Shown here piece by piece: positions 23,451-37,250 of a DNA stretch of 64,000 bases; the stretch's first letter is position 1, and the number at the start of each line of letters is the position of its first letter. Made by a program: the position numbers and the translations under genes. The stretch comes from Chrysomallon squamiferum. Taxonomy: Eukaryota > Animalia > Mollusca. The DNA is taken from contig CM022676.1 of assembly GCA_012295275.1 (NCBI GenBank), positions 1,364,001 through 1,428,000 on the forward strand. Reading direction: 5' to 3'. Below the pieces are notes generated by a model. The model saw only the letters and a list, made by a program, of their open reading frames with translations, searched no databases and had not been told where the DNA came from.

Positions 23451-24721
23451 TAAACCATGAACATGCACTAATGAACTGGACTATACACCACACTGGACAC
23501 AAAAAATACAGATAAAAAATATCAACAAGTTCAAATTGAATCAAAGATGAGAAAAAGATGAGAAAAGGAACCTGATTAATAACGTCAAAGATAGATACAG
23601 ACAAGTGATTATCTTTTCCTGATGCTCATTTTACTCTCCAGGATCTCAAAAAATAAATGATTTTCATACTGAACATGTCAAGTCTAACATGCTTTACAAC
23701 AACAAGTTCTGAATATTTTAAGGTTTATAATTTAGTTGTTTCCACAGAACCTTTTTAGATGTTTAATTATTATCATTATTATTACTACTACTACTACTAC
23801 TGTTATTATTATATTTTTTATTGTCTTACACGAGTAATTACAAATCAAAACTCATTTTCACTTAGGTAATATTTTGATCACATCTGAAAGCTTTCATTTC
23901 TTCACCTACTAAATAAAGAACATAGGGTTCTGAATGAAAACAAATTACATAAATTCCACTCTGTGTGTTACTTGTATCTCTGTCCCAATTATCAGAACCT
24001 GAAGAAAAAAGTGTGGCTTTAAGACCTAAAGGAGGAATTTGTCCATTTTTGCTCTATGTTTTTACTGGTGTTTGTGGTTTTGTTGATGTTTATGTATGTA
24101 TTTGTTGTATGTGTAATGGTGTGAGTTTATGTATGGTGTGAGTTTGATTTTTCTGCAAACTTAATCCTATTTTAATTGTGTGTACTGAAATATTTAAATA
24201 CTCTGTCTATATTCAGTCATGTTTAATTATTGTTAATAAAGGAAATTAATCTTGTTTTTTTGTAACTATAAAAATTTCTACAAAAATACAGTTTTAATTT
24301 AGAGATGAGTTATTTTTCTTCTTTGTCCTCTTTTGTTTATTCATTTTAATTTAAATAAATTTCAATTGCATCATTACTGCTAGAAAAACAATTTATTACT
24401 GCACTAGTTGCTGTAAAATCAAATTCTCTCGACTAAATCATCTGTTGCAGTTTTCCAGTTTTCTATGCACTGCTTACTCCTGATTCTGAAAGATGAAGAA
24501 ACAATGAATGAAATTTTGCAGGATATAAGTAAATAATTATTAATAGAAAATAAAAAAATAAATGATTTTCATACTGAACATGTCAAGTCTATCATGCTTT
24601 ACAAGAACAAGTTCGGAATATTTTAAGGTTTATAATTTAGTTGTTTTCACAGAACCTTTTTAGATGTTTCATTATTATGATTATTATTATCATTATTACT
24701 ATTACTACCAGTACAAACAAA

Positions 24722-24770
<49 letters not shown>

Positions 24771-25509
24771 TTATTAAGCATTACATGAGTAATTACAAAT
24801 CAAAAATCATTTTCACTTAGGCAAGCAAGCCATCATTTTAATTCTTTAGTCACATGTGAAAAGTTTCATTTCCAGATAATATTCTTCATCAGCTAAATAA
24901 AGAACATAGGATTATGAATGAAAGTAATCGCATAAATGCGTAAGTATCATCCATCTGGTGTATTTGTGTTGTCTTGTGGCTGGTATATGTGGAGTATGTT
25001 TCTGTTTATGTTCAGTGTTTTCAGTGTGCTTGTTTTGTGTGTAGATGAGTGTTTATGATGTGGTGAGGTGATTTCAATGTCTAATCACCAGAGAGATATG
25101 CCAGCAAGAATGACAGCTCCTGACAGATTCCCCAGGTTGGAATGTTCAAAGTGTAGTGTCTAGGCCAAAATGGGTGCCTAATCCTAGTTAAATGCTAATT
25201 CTGTCATGTGACATTCAACTACAGAAACTTGAGAGATGAAGCTGAACAACTGGAGACCCACCAGGGTGGAAGAATGATGGGTTCTATGCCATAAGCTACA
25301 GGTAATTCTGTAATCCGTTTAGTGATGCTAGGTTATGAAATCTATGGGATAAAGCTACTGGTGGTGAAAAAGAAAACAACAAGATATCAAAAGCAAAAAA
25401 CTAAATATAACACAATGGAATATTGAAGAAATCTCAAAAACAGACACATTTGAGAGTGAGACTTCACAGCAGACATCTATCCTTGCTGTCATTGGGTATT
25501 AATAGAGAG

Positions 25510-26340
25510 AAGAGAATTGCCATGGAGAGATTTTAATAGCCATTCACACCATAAAAATATTTTTATAAAGATTTCCAAAACAGGTTGGATTAGTAGCTCT
25601 GTCAGGAGCATGGAGAGAGGCAACCATGATTCCAATCCACTAAAGGGAAAAGACAAATCCAAATGGGATGGCTACATATCCACAAGTTTAACCAGATGTG
25701 TTAGAAAGTTGATGAAAAGTATGATCAACAAACATCAGGCTAACACAGAAAAGAAGCAGCTCATTTTCCCAAAGGATGCTGGATCTAGACAGAATAGATA
25801 GAATAGATCCATTGAAAATCAGGTCACCTATATATCACTAGAAACTGAAAAAGCATACTAATCAAAATAATAATGCCTACTGTCTGGATAAATCTAGGAA
25901 ATGCTAAATATGCACCAGTCTGGAATGTCAGTCCACACCTATAGGTGGATTTGTCAATAACTAGCAAATCAAAAAGCATGACTCCACTATCAAATACAAA
26001 AAAGAAACAATTGAGAAAGAAATCTTTGGTATGTGTCACTACTAATCTCATTTTTATTTTTTATGACATATTAAATATGCTGAGATGAAATCCTAAGATC
26101 CTGAAAGGTATGCCTACAGGCAATATCAATATACAAATAAGATTGTCAAAGAATTCAATATACTCATTCTCAAAACTTCAAAGGAAACCATACAAAGAAG
26201 AGCAAGGTGAAATTATTCACCTTACTGGATAGAACAGCTGCAGAATCTAATGTCTAAGATAAATAAAGCCATAGAAATTGTGGAACAAGAACCAACTGTT
26301 GAAGGCAACATTCATCTGAAGGCAGTAATTGCAGAGTAAT
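25510..26340 (+). mobile_element. Degenerate LINE (I/Nimb-like) ORF2 remnant
   Basis: (G)DFNSHS endonuclease motif at about 25525. The segment LKTSKETIQRRAR*NYSPYWIEQLQNL...AIEIVEQEPTVEGNIHLKA (about 26170-26335) resembles the EN-RT linker of I-clade LINEs. Many stops. Confidence 0.55.
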
Positions 26341-28757
26341 TTCTGCTTCTGTTCAAACAGCAATAAAGGCATCCTTGTAATATTTTGGTCACATCTGAAA
26401 TCTGCAAAGCTTTCATTTCCAAATTATGTTGTTCTTCACCTGCTAAATAAACAACATAGCATTATGAATGAAAACAAATCCCATTGAGGTGTTTCATAAA
26501 TGTGACAAATGAACTTATATAATTATTATTTGTTTTCCTTTTTCCATTATAAATTTTTATGTTCATTAACCAATATTTATTATTTATTTTATTTCAAAGC
26601 ATTCAGTGTCTTTCTAGGCAGTCTGACTTCAAAAATTTTAAAATTTACATTTGATAATGCTGTGAAAGATTTAAATCAAAAGTGTAAATAATAATTTAAG
26701 TGTGAATAAATAACTTTAATATTTCACTTGGTTTAAGTTTTTAATTTGTCTACCCTTATTATTACTGTTGTTATAATTGTTATAATTGTAATTAATAATA
26801 ATAATAATAATAATTATTATTATTATTATCATTATTATTATTTGTGTTTGTCTTTTTTTTTTTTTTTTTTTTTAAATGTTCTGTTTTAAAGAAAGTTCAG
26901 TTCCAGAAAAAGGGAAATTTTATGAAGCAGGCATTAATAAATTAACTTTATGAACTGGATGGATAAACAGCAGACCTGTTACTACTGACTTAGTAACAAG
27001 TCATATTAATCACACATGGATTATGGGCAAGTCTGTTAAAGATGTTGGAGCAGCTAATCTCTAACACGTCTGCCATATTTTCAAACAACAAACAAGAATA
27101 AAAGTGTTTTAAACATTACAACAGTAATATCAGTAACAAGTCTGCATAATTCACCAAAATATCAATAATATCACGGGCAGGGTAACATTATTGATGTTCT
27201 GATTTATACCACTTTTAAAATTTTAAAATGCTTAATTTCACAATCTACCTGCTTGTCATTTCTCCTTTTCTAGAGCTAACTATTAGATTATATTGTTTTT
27301 AAGACTGAGAAAGGATTGGTTCATTGTTTCTATTAAAAAAATAATAATAATAATATAAAAACAAAAATGTTATTATGCTTAATATTTTCAGTAAACAACA
27401 TCACATAAAATTTTTATATTTACACATTTTGCTTTTTCATTCAGTCATTATTAATGTTTACAATTAAACATAAAGATAATTAAGTAAATCTTGTTAGAAT
27501 AAATAAAGCAATTCTAATGATATTCAAAACAAAAACAGAACATCACTTTTTTTTTTTTTTTTAATTTTACATGATTATTATTTATTTAGTCGTTCATTTA
27601 TTTTATTTTTATTTATTTTTTTTGGATGAAAGGTATTTATATTAAGTAAACCAAATAATTTTCATGTTGTTGAAATATCTTTGAAATTCTTAAGATATTC
27701 TAAAGGTGATTTCATTTCTGTGCCTGTAAATAAAAAAATAGAACTGCTATGTCATAAAATCATACAAACATATTTTCTAATTGCATAGAACTGTATTGAT
27801 TATTGTATACTTTATAAATTTTTATATTCTAATGTAAAGCATCAAGAAATTAAATATATAAAGAATAAGAAATAATTTAAAATATTTAAATAATAAAATT
27901 CAAGTTCTACAAGACAGTTTTTAGTTAGTGAATTCAGTTTGAAATGAATGATTATGTATCACAGTAGCTTGAAAGAATGATCAGATATTTGCTGATAGAC
28001 ACAGTTCAATGAATGATTCACAAAAACTAAATATGTACTGATTTTTTTGTCATTCTTTGATCTATTTACTTCTTAAAATAGATACACACTCCAAGAAAAA
28101 GGAAATTTGGCAAAGCAGGAACTAAAGAAATTAACTTTATTAACAGATAAACAGCAGACCTGTTAATAATTTCCACTGCCAGGATTAATTAGACCACAGA
28201 TAACAGGTAAGTCTGTTAAAGATACTGGAGCAGCTAATCTCTAACACGTCTGCCACATTTTCAAACAAAACAAGAATAAAAGTCTTCTAAATATTACAAC
28301 AGTGTAAAATCAGTAACAAGTCTGCATAATTCACCAAAATATCAATAATATCAGTTAAACATTATTGATATTCCCATTTACACCACTTTTGAAGTTTTAA
28401 AACATTTAATTTAATAATGTCCCTGCTTGTCATTTCTCCTTTCCAGCAGTTCGAATTGAGATTATGATAGAAAGTTTTAATACAGATTAAATAAATTGTA
28501 ACTGTAATATTGTATCTGTTTTATCTATTTTTCAATAATTTCTTATATTAAGAAATACAGCTGTAGTTTTTAAGCAATGATTCAAGTTCAGTCTGGTTTT
28601 AATTTTTGGATCAAATCATTCATAGCTGGTGCACCATATTCTCAATTTGTCTGACAATATTTAAAAATAAAACTAGTTACAGCAGTTATTTAGATCAAAA
28701 ACAACTATCAGTAAGTTATTTATTTTCTGTTTTTACTGTCTTGAATAAACTCTACTA

Positions 28758-28806
<49 letters not shown>

Positions 28807-31800
28807 ATATCTAGTTTTGTTTATATACTTATCTTATATGGGTTTATTTGCCTTTTTTCTTCTCTTCTGTAATGACTTCTGCTTATTTATGAAATGAATT
28901 CTGTGATCGGAGAAGTAGTGTAGCCGCACACTGCTAATTTGTAAAAGAATGTTCTTTCTTCAGTTCATGGTGAAAATATATTGATAAAGATAATGTTTAT
29001 ATTTGAATTTCTGTTATTAATGTTGCGTGATTACAATTAAAACATATTCCGATATCGGGTATACTGCAAAATTAGTTACTTTATATGATCTCAGACACTG
29101 AAAACCTGCGTTGAATGTATTAATACGTAGTGAATACATTCTGCGCTTTACACATTAATAAAATATACATTCAAAACGTTTAGTTACTACTGAAAGGACA
29201 AATTAAAAAATATTAGTGGTTAAAATCAGTTTGTTCAGTAACATGTGCATGCTTACATCGGTAAATAAGACAAGTTTCGTCTAATTACTTGAGACGTTTT
29301 CAAAAATTAACCAAATGATATTGATTAGAGCTATTTATTGACAAAAATAAACACAGAACTTAGAAGTTAAACGAATGAGAAAATAATATAAAGTATATAA
29401 CAATATAAAGAGAAATTTACTTACAACATGTAATACTTCTTTATTGGCGTCTCCCAGTGATGGTCACATAATACTTGAGCAGATGTTAGTTTCACTGAAC
29501 ATATTATAAAACCTGTAATTTAGTTTCCAAACTACTCCGAAAAATGATGATAATATCATTCTTAACCACATGGATTGCTGTAATTAACATTATTTATTTT
29601 GTTTAATCTCTACAATAAGTAAATAATCCTATATCTTTATTAAGTACAATAAAACAACACATTATCGAAACAAACAATTAAGCACGGGGAAGTAATCAAA
29701 TTAAAGAAACCAAGACTGAGGGTCGTGGTTTATTTTTATTCCAGCGATGTTTTAATTTTTGGTTAAAATAAATAAATAAAAAATAAATAAATAAATAAAT
29801 AATAAGAAGGAGAGAATAAAATAAACAAACAAATAATTGAAAAAATATTTTGAAAAATTAAAAAATTATTATTATTTGTTTTTTCAAAAAGGCACAAATA
29901 CCATTGTTAATAATTCACAAAGGTTTTATTTGTTTGTTTGTTTTTGTTTATTCCAAGGCACTATACATTTTGACATGAAATTATATGTAGAGTAAATAAA
30001 AAAATTAATGATAAACTGCATTTCATCAAAAATATATGTATGTTAGTTCCTGAAGTAGACATGTGATTTTATTTTTGTGTTTTACTGACAGTAAGATTAA
30101 CTTTGATTACAGTTTTGTTTGTAACATAGGTCAAAGTGATATAAATTACCAGCAGTTAGATAATGTGTGAAGTGTTGTGGAACTTTATTTCTGTAAATTA
30201 TGCATGTTCATCTTTTTATTTTTATTTTTAAATTTATTGTTTATTTATTTATTTATTTATCTATTATTATTATTATTGTTATTATTATTATTATTATTAT
30301 TTTTTTTTATTTTATTTTTTTATTATTTATTGCTATTTAAGATATTAATTGTTATATTAATACTAAGTAACAGACAAGCTAAAGAATAACAAATAGAAAC
30401 ATTTGGGCTAGAATTTTAAGTCTGGATCACAATAAACCAACAACCATATAGTATTACACAGTGTTAACTAAATGCCTGTTACCATGCCTACATTTCTTTT
30501 TACATTATCATCATGTGTTATAGATTAATTTATGGTTATAAATTTTAGATTAACATGTTTGCTAATCTTTCTCAGTATGTTTCCAATTTATCTACAACCT
30601 TCTGATGCCCTCCACACAAAATGTTAATTCTTCTTAATAACTTATAAACCAGCCTTGCTGCTACTTCTCTATGAAGATGGGGGTATAGAAGAAATGATAC
30701 TATGTAAATATGGGAGAAATGGTACTTACTTATATTTTCTGTATAGCTGCTTTAATAACTTAAATTACTTTTGAAAATACACTTTATTCATGCAATAATT
30801 CTACATTCATGTATGTTAATATATAGCATCACTCATCTATTTGGTTTTGCTTAACAAAGTACAGTATTATATCAGTTTAATATTAGTTATCACATTATTA
30901 TCACATTTAAAAATATAATATACATAGCATCACTCAAGCACTAGGTTTTGGTTACATGAGGTTTCCAGTGGATGTTGTGACCAGCAATTATGAACTGTTT
31001 TTGTAAGCAGGATTTCACCTACTACCAATAAGTAAATGTCAGCAAGCAATAAAAACAGTATTTTTCTGGGGCCATTTTTCCTACACCCATGAAGATGTTG
31101 GGGTAATTCGTCATACTCTGAATCAGTACAAATCTCTTACTGCTGTGACAGGTAGAAGAAATGTGCGATAAAATCAGTTAACAGATATAAATTATCTTCC
31201 TGCCAATGGTTCCAATTAAAATAAGGATGTGATTATCATAAATTAAATAGCAAATGCCAGATTTTCCATTTCCCATTATAAGTAACCATAATTCTTTCTG
31301 GGTGCCGCCTAATAGGTCATGGGTAGCAGAATAACCCAAAACATTTTTTGTCTCCATAGATGATTCTCCTGCTAATAGTCATAATTCACATTACTCAGAA
31401 GGCTCTGTGGTAAAATATCTTCTTCTGACCTTCGCCTGACAGTAAAGTGTGACTGTGACAGTAAAGCGCTGAAGTATGTCTGTCTTAGTCATACTTTCTA
31501 TCCAGTGGAAAATACTTCAACTGTGATAGTAAACAGATGGAGTGTGTTTGTTATAGTCACTCTCCAACCTTCACCTGATAGTAAAGGGTTGGACTAATGA
31601 TGCAAAGTACTGTGACTGTGTACAACAACAGGTGTTGTTAATGACAGTGATTTTAAACAGTTCAGTTTGGCCTGATTTATTCACTAGGACACAACACTTC
31701 ATTAAAAGAATTACAAGAGTTTTGCCAGGAAAGCAAGAATATTATGGCCGATCAGTAACCGATCAAGTCAAAAGTTTTAAGCATATTTAGCAAACATTTT

Positions 31801-31955
31801 TAAAAAGTGAAAAACAAATTTAAATAAATAAATGAAAAGTAAATAAATAAATAAATAAAATAAAAATGCCTAGATAAGTTTTCTATTACATACACAAATC
31901 AAATACATCTTAGAATGAAAACACGCATCTAGCAAAGTCTTTTTCCCCACCCCAG

Positions 31956-32073
31956 AATGATATTCTGTAAATGATAATGTAATGATATTCTGTAAATGAT
32001 AATGTAATGATATTCTGTAAATGATAATGTAATGATATTCTGTAAATGATAATGTAATGATATTCTGTAAATG
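31956..32073. repeat. 25-bp minisatellite (about 4.7 copies)
   Basis: aatgatattctgtaaatgataatgt repeated perfectly. Confidence 0.93.
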
Positions 32074-35000
32074 GAGTGAGAAAAAAAAATGTAAGGAATA
32101 AATGGAATTTCCTAATGGAATAAAAATAATAATAATAAAGAGGACTGTTAAAAGATGAGGAATTTTTTTTCAATTTTTTTAATTTTTATTATTATTATTA
32201 TTTAAAATTATTTTATTTCAGTTTATTTATATATTTTTCTTATAAATAATAATTATTATTATGTTGCTTTTATTTCAATGGCTTATCGTATTGCAAGGAA
32301 TCTTATGTCACCTTTCAACAAAAGTTTGTGTGTGGATATGTGTCCGAGTTTGTACATGTGTTTTTAGCATGTGTGTTTGTTAACTGGTGTACTTTGATGA
32401 GTTGACGTCAGAATATTCAATTATTTCTTTTGGAAATTAAGAATTTTCTAGAGAAAATATGAAAATTTTATATTTTTTCCATTGAATAACACTTTTCAAG
32501 ATTACAAGTAACCTAACAAAACTGTTAGCTGGACACTTTGATTTAAGAAGACAAAAGATTGCACTATGAAAAAAACTGAGTTAGAAACTTAATGCAGAAT
32601 GAATAATTAATACTGTGATGCCAGAACAATCTACAATATGACAGAATAGTGGTTATCTTAATAATTTTTTCTGAGTATATGAAGAGTCATAGAGAATTCC
32701 CAGATGATAAGCTGAAACACTGAAAGGAAGTTATAAAATTTTTTGTTTTTAATAAAAATAGGTTTCTATGGCAGACTGATACATGAAATAAGTAACTAAT
32801 TTTCAGACTGCACAGAGAAGATATTCTTAATTCAGATAAAAGCAAGAGAGAACAGAAGAATGGTACACAAATATAAAAAATAAATTCAACAAAAATTAGT
32901 TATTTTCATTAACTTTCAGGATTGGGCAGTTATTCCGAATTCCCAGGACAGCAAGCTAAACAAGAAATTTACAAGGATGTATAAATATCAAGAATAACCT
33001 ATGACTGACAGACTTGAGAAATACTTCTATTAATCTTCAACAAAAAGCACAGAGAAGATATTGTGAATTTCCAGGACAGTAAGGTATAATAAAATAATGT
33101 TTCTATGAAATTTACTAAGTTGTATAAATACACATGAAAAACACAGGGTCTTTAGAGTTGAAAAATACTTTCATTGACTTTCAGTTCTGGCAAACAGCAC
33201 AATTTTCAAAAAGTATATGTAGCAAAGTCTATTTCCCCACCCCGGAATGATATTCTGTGTATAGATGGGGTGAAAAAATACAAAAAAAAAACAACCCAAA
33301 AAACAAACAAATAAACCCATATACACACACATACACATGTAAGGAATGTAAAGAATAAATGGAATTTCCTAATGGAATAAAAAATAATAATAAACAGTAA
33401 TTAGAAGAATGTTTATGTAAAAGATGAATTCTCTTATATTATTAAGAAATAACTGTTGCAATGAAGTCGCATTTAACCTGCATTCTGAGCAGACTGAATT
33501 CCCTGAGCAGCAACTTTGAGAAGCTAAACTGAAATACCAGATAACAATTTAAATCTTAATATATATGTAGTTAAAAAAATATATATATGTATTCAGATAT
33601 TATGAAACAAACATTCAGACATTATACAAACAAGCTAGAACAATATGTGATTACTATTATTACTACTATCACTATTACTAATTTCAGTCTGTAATGTTAT
33701 TAGCTGAGTTTTATTTTTCACTACATTAAAAAATACCTGTTGCTCCATGAACTACTCCCAGTAATGATCATCAACCCCTTTTTTTGTGAGAACCAATCCA
33801 AATACAAATGATAAGATATCAGTGTTTTAAACACATCAGTTATGGTTAATGGAATTGTTGAATTAAGCCTCTTGGTATACAGAGTGGTAATGTTGTGATT
33901 TATTAATTTTAAAAATAAAGAAACTTACAGCAGAGATAATAAATATGGCTTGAATAATCTCATTTAATGTTTTCTGGGAATACAAATGAGGTGCCATTAT
34001 TGAATTCCGAGGAAACAATTAAAATAGTCGAACACGAAAATCAGTGAGAAGTAAGTAAAGATCAAATTCAAAAAAAAAGGAAGGAAATGTATGTAGGTGT
34101 GTTGTGTGAGTGTGTGTGTGTACATTTTGTTTTTTCAATTCTTTTATCTTGTTAATAAATTTCACTTACCCAATAAAAATAGTATAAGAGTTGAAATTTG
34201 CAGATTGTGACTTTATAAATATATATTAACATTTTGTACTGAACATCTGTGGTTTTTACTTGTTACGGCATATTTCAAATTTTTATTTTATTTTATTTTT
34301 TTTTTTCTAAAATTAATCTGTTTATAAAATATATTTTTAACACCAAGTAAAAATGTGAAATAAATAATTATATAACCAATAAACAAAAATTATATATATA
34401 TATATATAATATATATAATAAATAAGCAGGAATACTGTTCTAAACATATTAAAATAATATTAATAAAATTTAAATAAATCACCTCTCATTTTATTCACAC
34501 AAACACAGACACACAAATTATGTAACTCTGATCTCTAATATAAAATTTGGCAAATGTTTTTGAAGTTATAATTTATATATTTAGCCCTGTGTCATTTGCA
34601 GAATGTATATATTAAAAAAATCATTAATATTTTTAAGGTTATTTATCATTTGAAAAAACTATGTAGAATATACCTTTCTATATACCTTCAATATAACCTT
34701 TCTACAGTTGGAATGAAGATATTCAATCCTGAGTTAAAGAAACAAATATTGATAAGATCTGAGTTAAAATGTAATGTGTAAACTCACTGTTTTATGAGGA
34801 AGAAAATTTCTATAACTTTTCTTGTCCAAACAGTCACGTACATTTTTTGTTTTTTCCCCATAATCTATTAAAGCTTATAAAAATAAAATAAATATTATGA
34901 ACAATTTAAACCATAAACAATATTATTGACTGCAACAAACTCTTTTCCAGTTTAATCACTGTAATAAACAGGTAGTGTCTGATAAGTTTCTTTTTTGTTT

Positions 35001-36849
35001 TTTCTTTTTTTCTGTCTGTGTCTGTTATGTGTTTGTGTTGTCGTTTATATGTATGTCAGTGTGTGTATGTGTGTGTGTGAGTGTGTGCATGTTTCTGTGT
35101 GTGTGAGTTTATCACTGAAATTCAACAGTGCAACTTGATGACACTCCCAGCATCTGTTGACATCAATCATGAGATATTCCCCATGTGTAATATTCCCAGT
35201 CCAAGAACACAGGACAGGAGTGACCCACCAGGGGGATAGATGCCCCCCCAACAGCAGCATCACCACCCAGACAATCCCTGTCACCGAAGGAGCGACCTCA
35301 CAAGCCACCACCAGTCCTGAGTATGTGCACCCCACCCATGGAACCCTGACATGAGCGCATTCATCCTGCATCCATTGTACAGAAATGTCATGCTTACAGA
35401 AATCTGAATCACACATGTAAACTCTGGCTCTTACTTGTTGTTAGTAGTATGTGCTCAATAGAGATGTGCTGATTATTAGTAGTATTAGTAAATTATGTTA
35501 AATAAATATCAGTCTCTCTTGAAAGAAATAGTGATTATAGTCCTACAGCAAATGTTGTAAAGCCACTATTTACTTTGCCAACTATAATTGAACTAGATAA
35601 ATGAAATACTAAGTGTGCATCATATGAATAAAGTTTGAAACTATTTTGTTAACAATCACAGAGACATCTCCTGTCACTGTATCACTATTTCTTTCACCAT
35701 AGATTAATAATAAAACAAGTGAAAGAGGGAAAACAAATATCTATGATGACCTGGCTGCTCCACAGGAACAGTGATTTCATCCCAGAAAGTTTTCTGATCA
35801 TTCACTGCTCCTGCTCAGACCATCACAGAGTGAAATGTGATATTAAACAAAATTAAAAAAAAAGAAAACAAAAAAAAAAGAGTAATTTTAAAGATTTTAG
35901 AAAATAAGGAAATATATCTTATTTTGCAGTTTAATATCAAACAAATGTTAGTAAAAACTTTTAAATCTCTGATTGTCTGTCTGCCCTACAGGAAAAATGA
36001 CTTCATTCCAATATCTGCTGGTCACTCGTTATTCCTGCCCAGACTATCAAAGATACAAAATGTTTAAATAATAATAATAATAATAACTATATTACAATTA
36101 TGTTAATTCTAATTATGTATTTTTAACATCAGAAATTTATTAGACATTCATAGAGAAAAAATCCATGCTCACATACATACAAATACTGGCATAGGTATAG
36201 TAACACAAACACACACACACACACTGACACACATTAATATATATACACACTGCTACATACTAATACATAAACACTATCACACATTTTATATCCAAACCAA
36301 GTTCAGAAATATTAGTCAACACATTCACTGATATACATATCAATATCATACACACTGAAAAACATATCAGTATACCCTAACACACATTAGTACACATACA
36401 TACTGAAACACATTAATATATACACAACACTCATTAATACACATACACACACTGACATACATTATTTCACTCACACAAATATTAGAAATCATACACAAAT
36501 AACAACCAGACTGACATGCTGATGTCAGAGTTGTCTGTAACCATGACATATATCTACAAAGGGTGCATCAATGGGTGATGATACTGGTGATGTGACATCT
36601 GCTCACCTGATGGGACCTACCCACCCAGTGTTCTTGAATGTTGGTTGAAGTATTACATGGAGAATACCTGATCACGAATGCTCAAAGATGACTGAGAAAA
36701 TGTCATTAAATTACACTGCTGAGTTCCAGTGATAAACAGATGGAGTGATGTGGTGTGTGAAGTGAAAGGGGAAAAAAAAAGAAAACAAAAAGAAAAAGAC
36801 AGTATTAAGAAGAAAAAAGGAACATTACACCCCTACTCTACCATTAACT

Positions 36850-37250
36850 GGTTCTAGTGTTTTACAAGTACAATAACACCAGACATGTGGTTAGTGCCTA
36901 ACAACAATTAAAAATATAATCACAGTGTTTTACCACCATAACAATGGATGACATGTGTCTAACAACAATTAAAAGCATAATCTCCATAAACAGCAGACAT
37001 GTAGTCGATGTCTGTCAATAAATAAGTGTATCACTAGTGCTTTACCACAACAACAACATCAGACGTAGTCAATGTCTAACAATAAATAAGTGTATCACTA
37101 GTGCTTTACCACAACAACAACATCAGACGTAGTCGATGTCTAACAATAAATAAGTGTATCACTAGTGCTTACCACTATAATGATAGGTGACATGAAGCCT
37201 TTATCCGACAACAGTTAAAAAGGTAATCATATTTGGAATGTCTGACAGTG
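36850..37250. repeat. About 63-bp minisatellite (2-3 near-perfect plus degenerate copies)
   Basis: aacaataaataagtgtatcactagtgctttaccacaacaacaacatcagacgtagtc(g/a)atgtct. Confidence 0.85.

Noticed and set aside
28606-30389. Hydrophobic ORFs with poly-Ile/Leu
   Set aside because: (ATT)n and (TTTA)n microsatellite translations
30960-31420. Possible class A GPCR relic on the minus strand (IGTIG, AVRDL, KWP..C)
   Set aside because: Motifs lie in different frames and are too degenerate to support without a search
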